A DNA stretch of 62,980 bases, counting the filler, from Octopus bimaculoides (taxonomy: Eukaryota), in the NCBI RefSeq assembly GCF_001194135.2. It is 8 parts of 8 records of this genome, joined end to end, with 100 filler letters (N's around TTAATTAATTAA, not from the genome) between each part and the next. Parts side by side here need not be neighbours in the genome. Positions count along the whole stretch, not along the records: positions 14,194 to 24,492 come from NC_068986.1; positions 24,593 to 35,891 come from NC_068984.1; 6 more parts are not named here. The stretch is one strand, 5' to 3'. Both the position numbers and the translations under genes were made by a program. This document shows, in pieces, positions 14,194 to 26,390 of this stretch; the stretch's first letter is position 1, and every line of letters begins with the position of its first letter. The notes under the pieces were generated by a model. That model was not told the DNA's origin and ran no database searches. It was given only the letters and a program-made list of their open reading frames with translations.

Positions 14194-14951
14194 TGTACAT
14201 ACATCAAGGTATATTTGTAGAAAATTTCACGAAAAAATATTCATTTTCCTGGAAATTAAGAGGAATTTAAGTGGAATTTCCGAAAATTGTCCCCCACCCC
14301 CTCCCAAAACACTTTCACCGATGCATATTAGGAATCTACATAATAGACAATATATGCATAGAAAATTTCATTAAAAAATATTCATTTTTATGAAGGTTAT
14401 GACCTTCCAAAGTTGGTGGGTACAACTCTGTAGTTATGCCACATTGACGAACTGAATGATTGTGTTTACTTGCACGTGTATGCGTTTGAGAGAGCGAGAG
14501 AGGAAGAGGGGGAGATAGAGAACGGGAGCAATGTGTATGTTGTTGTCACAGATTACGTATGTGTGGTTGTGTGTGTTTTTTCGTATCTACGTTATGAAAA
14601 ATAGGTAAAGAATACTGAGATGAAAGTTTAACCTATGACTATGTATGTATCACTTTCTCTCTCGCTCCCACTTTTTACTCTTACTCTCTATATTTTTATG
14701 TTGAGCGCGTGTGTAAGAACGGCGTTCCAGGTAGAAGGGAAGAAATATAAAATTTGCTAGAAACAACAGCCAAATCTCCCTTAAATCACACAAAGTAAAC
14801 GGAATTTTAAAAATCTAATTACTGCACTGGAAAGTTCACATCGAGAAAATTCCATTGATGTAAAAATTTTTACGAAAAAGTGGAAAATGTGGATTTCTAT
14901 AAACTTTTAAAAAGGCTTCACACAGACACAATTTCAGCTTTATATATTAAG

Positions 14952-14953
<2 letters not shown>
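14194..14953 (+). mobile_element. Helentron/HINE-like non-autonomous element (5' end lost in gap)
   Basis: Internal repeated aaaatttca..aaaaaatattcatttt units; ends cacacagacacaatttcagctttatatattaagat, the typical DINE/HINE-type end. Confidence 0.5.
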
Positions 14954-14983
<30 letters not shown>

Positions 14984-14984
14984 T

Positions 14985-15056
14985 TGTATGTCTGTGTTTG
15001 TCCCCACCCACCATCGCTTGACAACCGATGCTGGTGTGTTTACGTCCCCGTAACTT
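14985..15056 (+). mobile_element. Family A middle fragment, truncated by a gap
   Basis: tgtctgtgtttgtcccc..atcgcttgacaaccgatgctggtgtgtttacgtccccgtaactt. Confidence 0.85.
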
Positions 15057-17179
15057 NNNNNNNNNNNNNNNNNNNNNNNNNNNNNNNNNNNNNNNNNNNN
15101 NNNNNNNNNNNNNNNNNNNNNNNNNNNNNNNNNNNNNNNNNNNNNNNNNNNNNNNNNNNNNNNNNNNNNNNNNNNNNNNNNNNNNNNNNNNNNNNNNNNN
15201 NNNNNNNNNNNNNNNNNNNNNNNNNNNNNNNNNNNNNNNNNNNNNNNNNNNNNNNNNNNNNNNNNNNNNNNNNNNNNNNNNNNNNNNNNNNNNNNNNNNN
15301 NNNNNNNNNNNNNNNNNNNNNNNNNNNNNNNNNNNNNNNNNNNNNNNNNNNNNNNNNNNNNNNNNNNNNNNNNNNNNNNNNNNNNNNNNNNNNNNNNNNN
15401 NNNNNNNNNNNNNNNNNNNNNNNNNNNNNNNNNNNNNNNNNNNNNNNNNNNNNNNNNNNNNNNNNNNNNNNNNNNNNNNNNNNNNNNNNNNNNNNNNNNN
15501 NNNNNNNNNNNNNNNNNNNNNNNGTTTGATATTGCACATAGCCGCCTTTATTATTACTATTATATATATATATATATATATACATCGGCATACATACATG
15601 CTTATACATAGAAATGTGAGTGCGTGTGTATAAATAAAAGGGAGAGGAAGATAGAGAAAGAGAGAAGGAAGGAAGGATTTTCTAGTATCATAATGAATTG
15701 TGGTACTCTATGCATTACTGTATATATAGTGCCTCGGTGTTCATGCGTGATACTGTAAACAATGCATCTAATATCTGGTTGAAATTTCGAACTCAAAATC
15801 GAAAGTTGCTATCAGCTAAAGAAACAGTCTTCAGTATTGTAGTGCTTCTGCTGCTTACTGTGGCATCCATGAACCGATCTACAGCTTTAGTTTACATTTT
15901 CGCAGTTACCTCGTGGAATAAAAACACCACTTTTATTTCTCATTTACTTGCTTCTTTATTCCACTTCTACATTGTGTAACAGTTGTTGGGCAAATAATTT
16001 CTTATGTAAATCTCTCGAAAATCACATAATCTACACGCACATTCTCACTTAATTCATTTTACTGATCCTCATGGCAGTTCAAATCTTCTAATTATCTGCA
16101 AATAAGCTATTTGATGTTGTGTCACGTATTTGGAGGGCTTAGGACAGGACACCGCTCTTTCTGTTGGCACACAACCATGCGAAATAGTTTCCCAAAGACA
16201 AAGCTAACAGGAAAAAGTTTAAAAAAAACAAACAAAATACAAAAACAAAAGAAAACAAAACAGGCAAACACAAGAACACAAAATACAAAACAAAGCAAAA
16301 AATATTGAATCTAATTAAATTCTTTGAAAATCTTACCGTTTTTCGTTATTCTGTCCGAGTCTTTTCGGCAGCAGTATGATACGCAGACAGGTTCATAATT
16401 TATAATTCGTATTTCTATTCGCTAATTTGAAATGTGGTAACGAGAGAACTTTGGCGATTTAGCGAAAGCAGTAGAGCGCTGGGCTAAGTACTTTACAACA
16501 ATTATCTTCGTTCTTATTCGTCATTTGTTCAAATCGTGATTGATTTTACTTTGGGATTTTTTTGAGCTGTTATTGCTGTTATTTAGCCTTGATAGGACAG
16601 ACTTATGACCAAAAGCGTTCCAGTGGTGACCATCCCACGTTGTTTCCGTTATACTGTACCTGATCAAGGCTTCATTATCCAATGTATTTCTTTTTAATGA
16701 TAGTGTGGTTTGAGAGAATTTGTCACTTACTTTTAGCAGGTCGAGCAAACGTGTCAATCTACCTCTATGACTCGATTGTAAAATGTAAATAAAATCAGAT
16801 ACTAGTTATACACTGAATCGATTAAATCTTTTATGGCCCTCCCTTTGTAAAACATGGTCTCGAACCTTAAAAAGCAATCAATATACTTCAGTCTTTTTTA
16901 ATTTTGAATTCAATTCCTACATGTATCAGCTTTGTCGTGCGTCTTCTCCAGCTTTGTACTAACTTATACAGATAATGTAAGATGTCAATCTATTATTGCC
17001 TATTGCACAGAAGATGATCGTCTTGTCAGGAGTCAATTCTTTTTTTTTTTTTTTTTTTTAGTAATTTCTGTTAGTGAAGTGATTGGAATGAAATGTATCA
17101 TAGATTCTTAATGCGTTTATCTAATTCAGTTTTCCTTTCACTTTCTTTTTTTCTTTTCCCCTTAATTTCAATTATAAAG

Positions 17180-17550
17180 TTCTTAATTGTATATCTCTGC
17201 TATATCAGTTTGAATCTCTTGAGCACGAAATACTTAAGGCCCTACAGGGGATCGATTAAATTGACTATTCCCCACCTGCCACCACCAAAATATTCAGGCC
17301 TTGTGCCTATAATAGTAAAGATTACTTAGTTTATAGAAGATGGCAAACTGACAGAATCGTTAGCACGCCAGACAAAATGCTTAATGACATTTCTGGCTTT
17401 ACGTTCTAAATTCATATGCAGCCTAGATCGTCTTCACTTTTTATGCTTCGGGGTTGATAGAACAAGAACCAGTCGAACACTGGGGTCTATTTAATCGATT
17501 TACTACTCTTCACCTAAAAATGATGGGCTTGTGCAAACTTTGCAACTATT
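17180..17550 (+). mobile_element. Two head-to-tail degenerate SINE family B copies
   Basis: ggcaaactgacagaatcgttagcacgcc...cggggttgata...actggggtc...aatcgatt, preceded by a 3' end aggccttgtgcctataatagtaaagatta. Confidence 0.65.
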
Positions 17551-18345
17551 TTTACTTCATAGAAGGAAGAGAAAGGCAGAAAGGATATACGATAAATGTA
17601 TTCCCCTGAGAAGAAGTCATTATTGATCATAATCCATCAGTTGCGAATTAATGAATTATTATGTAAACTTAATTTAAGATTTTACGTACCGAATGTAATA
17701 TTCTTTAGAACAAATTTAAGTTATTTTCTTCTTTGCAAAAATATCTATGACAGCTATCTAAGCAATTACAGCCGCAGTCATGTGGAGTCCATTTTTTCAG
17801 GTTGTGCTATTTTAAGAGGGGAACATTTAACTCTGATGATTTCCAGTGATAAATTGTGTACGTGTCTCTACGTACAGGCTTGGGTGAAAATTTTTTTTGT
17901 CATATCTCACCACGACGAAAGTTATGCAAGTTGAAGAGCCACAGTCGTTTGGTTAGAATTTCTTGTAGCAACAGAAGGTGCTGATCTATTGGTTGTTTAT
18001 TTTTATAGCTAGAAAGGGAATCGTCGCACCAAGAGTCAATTATTTCATTTTAACTTTTTGCCTGAAGTGTATCATAATATTTATGCCTTTATTATTTCAA
18101 TTTTCTTCTCCATTTTTGTTCGCTTCAGTAATAAACCTTAATATTTACCCACATCTACTATTTTGATTTGAATGACTCTCTACAGCACGAAGTAATTGAG
18201 AGTATAAGGGTCTATTAAGTAGACCATATCATTTACTATACGGAAGTAGAAAGAATCAGGCCTCTACAAAGACTAAACTTCTACAATATGACACAGTTAT
18301 TAGAAGTGTAATTTATTGCTCGAATCGTAGACAGGCGTAGACAGG

Positions 18346-19114
18346 CACAGTAATAGCTGTGTAGTTAAGAAACTCATCTTGCAGTCACATGGTTCCGGAT
18401 TCAGTTCCACAGCGCTGCACTTTGGGCAAGTGTCTTCTATAGCCCCGGGCCGATCAACGTCTTGTGAGTGAATATGGTGGATGGAAACTGTATGGAGGCC
18501 TATCGTACATAAGTTCATACGTATAAATAATATATAAATATATGCGTATATACATACATAAATATATGTACATACCTACATATGTATATATACATGCGTA
18601 TATGGGTACAGGGCATAAAAAAACGTGGACAAAATGAGAAATGAGAACATAAAAAGCAAAAACATAGAAAACGGACTTTTTTTCGAACAACGAAGGAAAG
18701 AAAGAAACAAACAGAGAAACGAGACAGGCAACATAAAGAACATTCCCTTTATCAGTTGTCCCCTGTTTTATCTACTTCGCGTTTCGAAGGTACGGAGTAG
18801 ATAAAACAGAGGACAACTGATGAAGGGAATGTTCTTTATGCTGCCTGTCTCGTTTCTCTGTTTGTTAGTTTCTTTCGTTGTTCGAAAAAAAGTTCGTTTT
18901 CTATGTTTTTGTTTTTTATGTTCTCGTTTCTCATTTTGTCTACATTTTTTTATGTCCTGTACCCATATATGCATGTATATGTACATATATATATGTAGGT
19001 GTACATATATGTATGTGTATATGCATATATTTATATATTATTTATATAATTATATGATCGAACGCCACGCATCCATTTCCGAGTAAATTTTATCTTAATA
19101 AGTACATACATACA

Positions 19115-19145
<31 letters not shown>

Positions 19146-19325
19146 GCGACAACCGTTGTTTGTTTGTATACATCACTGTAACTTAGTGGGTTGGTACAAT
19201 AGACTGACAGAATAAGAACCGAAAATATACAACGTAAGAACTAGGGGAGATTTGTTCGAATAGAACCTTTCAAGGTGGTGTCCCAGCATGACAGCAGTCC
19301 AATGACTGAAACAAGTAAAACATAA
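18346..19325 (+). mobile_element. Old family A SINE split by a foldback insertion (5' half 18346-18510, 3' half 19148-19325)
   Basis: Head ggcacagtaatagctgtgt...cacatggttccggattcagttccac; the tail gacaaccg...aatgactgaaacaagtaaaa resumes after (CATA)n. Confidence 0.75.
18531..19098. mobile_element. Family P palindromic (foldback) element: ~250-bp arms, ~11-nt loop, short unique right end
   Basis: 18531-18780 is the reverse complement of 18792-19037 at high identity; loop gtttcgaaggt; the end aacgccacgcatccatttcc is shared with about 30101-30125. Confidence 0.9.
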
Positions 19326-19811
19326 AAAAAAAGTTAAAAGAAACGTTGAGAAAAATAAATGTTCAGCGAGTGATTTAATTTCCACTTGAGACGCTAAAGA
19401 AACCTTTTTCTATGTTATTGAAACTTGATGGTGGCAGTGGATGGGTTTATATAATAGGTTTAGGTGTTATTATTATTATTTTTGCCTAGATACAAAAGTT
19501 CTGTTAAAACAGATGAAGATAAAGAAATGTTATGTTCATGTCTTGTCAAATATAAAAAAAAAACAAAAAAAAAAACACGTAGATAAGATGAGCTGAAACG
19601 ATATCGCTGGCTCTGGTTCAATTGGCCGAAATTTTCTTATCTCTAGATGTACGGTGCTCACAAGTATTGCAATTAATTTTGTTATTATTTTCAACATGCT
19701 ATTTAGAAAATGGAAAATGAAAGGTTGTGAAGTTCATGAGATTCATCAGCTCATCAGAGCTGTAAGTGGAAACAATACTTTAACAGAGGAATGAAAGCTG
19801 CATTATAATAA

Positions 19812-19990
19812 TGATTTCAAATTTTGGCACAAGGCCAGCAATTTCGGGTGAATGGGTAAGCCGATTACATTGACTCCAGTGTTCAACTGGTACGCATTTT
19901 ATCGACTCCGAAAGATTGAAACGCAAAGTAGACCTCGGTGGAATTTGAATCCAGAAAGTGAAGATAACGATTGTGAAAGCTGGCCGCCTT
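19812..19990 (-). mobile_element. Family B SINE with internal deletion
   Basis: ttcaaattttggcacaaggcc...actggtac..ttatcgactccgaaagattgaaacgcaaagtagacctcggtggaatttgaa. Confidence 0.75.
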
Positions 19991-20029
19991 TTGCTGCATT
20001 ATAATAATATTTGAAGTATACAAAGTATA

Positions 20030-21165
<1,136 letters not shown>

Positions 21166-21729
21166 TTTTCGAGGAGCTTGCCGCATGAGATATGGGTCAT
21201 CATCAGGTGGGTAATACTGCTGAAAGAAAAAAAAATCGAGGGTTCAGAAAGTCCCACGGGCTGCAGTTTGCTCATGAGTGATTGCAATAAACGAGGAAAG
21301 GGTAGTGCCCCTGAAATTGTTTTAGCGCCTCCCAGACTGGAGGGAAGGAAAGAGGGGAAAGTTATCTTCCGATGAGAACCAGGAGTTTGCTGTATACATT
21401 TAAAGCTGACTCATGAATTGGAAACGAGAAACCATCCTCAGTGTCGATTTCTAAAAAATACTGAAATCAGCAGAAACATTAGAAGCTCAGTCATCAAAAA
21501 TGCACATCCTGAATTGCATGTTTCTTCCTCAAACGCCAACTAACTTTGCAGACAATCCTTATATACAAACATTCTACAAGTACTGGTTAATTAATATTGT
21601 ATGTCTTCTTTGTTTTATCTACCATAACTACTAGAACAGTCCTTATAATCTGAACATGCATTTCTGTGTTATTTTTCCTCTAAAACACTCGATAAAACAC
21701 TGCCTCTTCTTGTATTTCAAACTCTAGAC

Positions 21730-21844
21730 CAGTCATGGGCAAACTGTTGCTCGCTGGATTTTCTGAATGGCATGCCTAAGTGAAAAATTTACTTGATTTT
21801 TTTTAGTTATGCGGTCCGCTTCTTGAAAACGTCACTCATGCTTA
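21730..21844. mobile_element. Small hAT-type MITE
   Basis: Begins CAGTCATGGGCAAACTG after CTCTAGAC; degenerate right end followed by TTCTAGAT (6/8 match; nTCTAGAn is a typical hAT target). Confidence 0.5.
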
Positions 21845-24264
21845 TTCTAGATCCTGTAAATGCACAATTTTCTGTCTTCCCAACAAAACAATTTCTAGAA
21901 TTTTGCTTTCTGCCCACATCTTCAGTTCCTTTGCAATAACATGTAGAACTCCAAAACAAATCATTCCTTCAGCCTTGGAGATTCTGTAAGAGCCATGGGA
22001 ATTTCCTTTCTCCCTCAGACTATTAAATTTCCTTTTTCAAAAACCAGCATCTTCAGGAAATACAGCTGGGGAAAACAGAAAACAAATGCAGCCATAATAA
22101 CATACAACTGAAGAAACTTATTATCAGAATTTATTTCTACGAATGTTTCTACATCAACAAAGTGTTGATGCTACATGAGCCGTGAAATTGTTGAGTTTTT
22201 GGTATTCCCACACTGTGTTACGTTTAAAAAAATACAATACAAACACATACATTCTGATGATTCCTTGAATACCGCTTTTACAAAATTTGAAACAGCCTTG
22301 TTTAGAATTTCTTTTGTGCTTGATTGTCAATTTGTAGTTCTTTGCCTTTAAAAATACATCTGAGAATAGGAAAATAGAAATAGATAAATCAATTATTCGA
22401 TAGGATTCGATTATATACGCCGTTAAAGGCAATCAATATAGCTTATATTGCATTTCGGATATGTGTTTATAATCATTTTTTCTGTCTAAGTTTCTGTAAG
22501 ATCCACCCAACCAAGGAAAAAGTACGTATCTGATTACATAAATCAATAGTTCGATGTATAAATTCATACATAAATGTACAGGATATATTTTCGGTTAACT
22601 TGACTAGTTAAAAAGAAATTAGTTTCTTTCTTGGAGTATTGGAATTATTATTCATTGAGAGGAAAATATGTTTTGCACGGAAAAATGTTACTATAACTGT
22701 AAACAGCATTTTAATAGCTAAGTATTGTTTATGTGGGTGGGATTTAGTAGAATGATAAAATATCGCGTATGGAATATAGAGTCCAATCGTAGAGTTGTGG
22801 TGGAGAAATATGACTCAGATACTGTTGTTATTACTGTTATTGTTGTTTAGTGCAATGATTTAAGACATTCCAGCCTTGACCATCCCATTTTTCTTATTAG
22901 GCAGAGATTGTATCATTCATGAAGCAGAGATTGTATTTCAGGATCCACATTACTTTGTGGCATAACTTCTGACTTTAAGTTCTGAGTTTAAATTCTTCCG
23001 AAATTCGAGCACTGGGACCGATGTAATTGACTAACTCTCTCCTCTCAAATTTTAGGCCTTGTACCTATAGTAGAAAGGATTAACTAATGTGTCCTCCCGT
23101 TTATTAAGGCGGTGGAATATGATTTAAATGGAATATTGTCACTTTTTCTAGCGGGTCTAGCGATCCCGTAAAGGTTTACGCATTAGTTTCAACACAGAGG
23201 TAGATTCACGTGGACATTACGTACGATCCAATGACGTGGGATATTTCTTCAAGAAGTATATTTTTGTGTGTTAGATGACTGAATTCCTGTTGTTATTGTT
23301 GTTCAATCCTAGTTCATCCCTTATTAAACATATACATGGTATTCTATCACGTACCTTAATTCGTATATCAGAGACTACCTTGTTCAACGTCTTTTTTAAA
23401 GACAGTAGACTGTGATATGAGAAGATTTGGCTTCTACTTCTAACTGGTCGAGCGACCGCGTAGTTGCTCCCTTATTGCCTTTTGACTGAATAGCTATTTT
23501 ATATATGGTCCAGTCCTAAAGTATTCATTCTAGTAGTCTATGATTCAGTTATAGAGTATCAGGTTTAGCGCAGAGCGACAAACAGGTTGAATTAAGGACC
23601 TGAAGCAGACCTGGAGTAGAAAGGGTATGTTATTGTTGACGTCACAGATGGTGACGAAAGACTTTGGCAAACGTAGCTGATTGATTGATCGACTGAACAA
23701 TTAATGAAACAATCGATTAATTAATTGTTTAAGTGTTAACTAATTGACTAATAATAATATATGAACCAGTGCGTGTGTTTATTATTGGCATAATGAACTT
23801 CTCGAGATACAAGCACGAAGCATCAAGCTTATTACCGCAAAGCAGTGTACTAAAATTTAATCAGTGCTATTTAATTTTTAATCAATTTAGATTTTGGAGT
23901 TCTTCCTCTTACACCTTTGAAAGGAATTATTATTAACGTTAATGAATTTTTTTCCATCTACGGGTATAATTTCAATGGATTAAAATTTCTTTTTGATTCT
24001 CTACATTAAATATGTTGCCCACATTTAACTAACAAATATACCCTATTTTACAAAGAAACGGATAAAGTGAAAGAAAAAGCAGAACTGGACAACTCATTGT
24101 GTGGAATAAAGTGAGAGTGTCAAAATGAGTGAGGAACCTATCAAACATTTTAATATATTCAGTAAACTAAACAACTATACCCAGGTGGATTTTTACTCAC
24201 ACTTCTTTCTAGTTCTATTTCTATATTCTTTAAGATAACCTCTCTCTCTCAAATATCGTGCACC

Positions 24265-24492
24265 ATGGATACCAGAGGACGAGACTTTGTACAGCGCCAA
24301 ATTGAGGCTAACAAGAAGATGAAGATGCGCCGAAACTGGCAGATGGAGGAAGTTCGCCTTCTTGTACACGCATGGAACCTGACCAAAGGATCACCAGCAA
24401 ATGATCTAATAGCCGAAAGCCTGGATAGGTACAATTTCCACAGGTCAATGGCTCAAATTGATCGAAAGAAACTGGAGCTCATTCGCTCCTAC
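24265..24492 (+). CDS. Myb/SANT-like (trihelix, Myb_DNA-bind_4-type) DNA-binding domain; exon truncated by a gap
   Basis: MDTRGRDFVQRQIEANKKMKMRRNWQMEEVRLLVHAW...IAESLDRYNFHRSMAQIDRKKLELIRSY matches the R-x-W-xx-EE-xx-LL-xx-W ... IA-xx-L-xxx-F-x-RS-xx-Q pattern. It has gcaccATGG context, a pyrimidine-rich AG acceptor at 24233-24234, and higher GC than its flanks. Confidence 0.7.
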
Positions 24493-24592
24493 NNNNNNNN
24501 NNNNNNNNNNNNNNNNNNNNNNNNNNNNNNNNNNNNTTAATTAATTAANNNNNNNNNNNNNNNNNNNNNNNNNNNNNNNNNNNNNNNNNNNN

Positions 24593-24634
<42 letters not shown>

Positions 24635-25362
24635 ATTTGTTTACTGTTATGGCCAGACAGAGAGTGATCAGTGTTTCGCACCTATAAAGCGCGTAGTTGT
24701 AAAGGCAACTCGTCAGGGTTAAATGGGCGGAGGCACATAACCTGATATATATATATATATACGAACACACACACACATGTATCTAGAAATAATTAAGATT
24801 CATTTGAATTAGGCACTTAAGTTGAGGCACCAAATCAGTCTGTACCCTTAACGCCCATTTAGATCTCATCGTGACGTCCTTTGTTTTCTATTTTAGGCCC
24901 ATTTAACTGATAATAATAAAATACTTTATGTCACCCCTACCTTCCACCTTTCTGGGCATATACCACTATCTTACTGACTTCTTCTGAGATTTGTTCCTTT
25001 ATATGGTCATAGCGAATTTTTTGACAACGTAAAGTAGTGGTTTGAGAGAGTATCTGACAATAATAAATTTATTATCAACAGCTCTTAACTGTCAAATCCT
25101 AGTGGTTTTAATTCTTAGTGGACGTAGTAAACTAGCTGCATTAGATATTTTGATGGTTATAAGGAGATAGATGGAAATTGTGGATATATTACTATCTCAT
25201 GACCCTCATTGTCATTCTCTTCTGCCACTCCAAACTATAGTTGGGGCTATTTTCTCCTAAAGTTCATTGTGTGTGTAATTCTTTTATTCTTTGGTTCTAA
25301 TGAAATAATTGCTAAAAATTATAATGGAGTATCCTGTATGTTGAAAGCTTATATAGTCTTAT

Positions 25363-25432
25363 GCATCTGAAGACAATGTAATTCAAATTGATATAATTCG
25401 ATTAAATGGAGCGCCTGAAATGGCCGTAATGC
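25363..25432 (+). ncRNA. Variant hammerhead ribozyme motif at a PLE-like element end
   Basis: GCAT-CTGAAGA-(43 nt)-GAAA-TGGCC-GTA-ATGC. Stem I and near-palindromic stem III pair; stem II pairs poorly. Confidence 0.45.
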
Positions 25433-25494
25433 ACTAATACCTTGACATCCATATTACTTATTTGCTTTTTATATATGTACATATATACATGTGT

Positions 25495-25534
<40 letters not shown>

Positions 25535-26202
25535 NNNNNNNNNNNNNNNNNNNNNNNNNNNNNNNNNNNNNNNNNNNNNNNNNNNNNNNNNNNNNNNNNN
25601 NNNNNNNNNNNNNNNNNNNNNNNNNNNNNNNNNNNNNNNNNNNNNNNNNNNNNNNNNNNNNNNNNNNNNNNNNNNNNNNNNNNNNNNNNNNNNNNNNNNN
25701 NNNNNNNNNNNNNNNNNNNNNNNNNNNNNNNNNNNNNNNNNNNNNNNNNNNNNNNNNNNNNNNNNNNNNNNNNNNNNNNNNNNNNNNNNNNNNNNNNNNN
25801 NNNNNNNNNNNNNNNNNNNNNNNNNNNNNNNNNNNNNNNNNNNNNNNNNNNNNNNNNNNNNNNNNNNNNNNNNNNNNNNNNNNNNNNNNNNNNNNNNNNN
25901 NNNNNNNNNNNNNNNNNNNNNNNNNNNNNNNNNNNNNNNNNNNNNNNNNNNNNNNNNNNNNNNNNNNNNNNNNNNNNNNNNNNNNNNNNNNNNNNNNNNN
26001 NNNNNNNNNNNNNNNNNNNNNNNNNNNNNNNNNNNNNNNNNNNNNNNNNNNNNNNNNNNNNNNNNNNNNNNNNNNNNNNNNNNNNNNNNNNNNNNNNNNN
26101 NNNNNNNNNNNNNNNNNNNNNNNNNNNNNNNNNNNNNNNNNNNNNNNNNNNNNNNNNNNNNNNNNNNNNNNNNNNNNNNNNNNNNNNNNNNNNNNNNNNN
26201 NN

Positions 26203-26390
26203 AAACGTCTAGATAGAATAGAGACAGCTGATGAAGGGATATTCCAAGTGGCTTTCCGTTTTCCTATATGTTCGTTCCGTTGTCTGTAGTTTATTGTTCT
26301 AACGTCCTGTACCCTGATATGCATGTATATACACATGTAGATGTAAGTATGTACATATATGTGTGTATACATGTATATATATTCTTTGTA
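26203..26390 (+). mobile_element. Family P arm (left end in gap)
   Basis: aaacgtctagatagaatagagacagctgatgaaggg...acgtcctgtaccc..atatgcatgtatat; homologous to the right arm at 18792 and to the reverse complement of 48960-49197. Confidence 0.75.

Noticed and set aside
15698-15979. 93-aa ORF with a hydrophobic stretch
   Set aside because: Hydrophobicity is expected from T-rich DNA; there is no family motif or exon boundary support.
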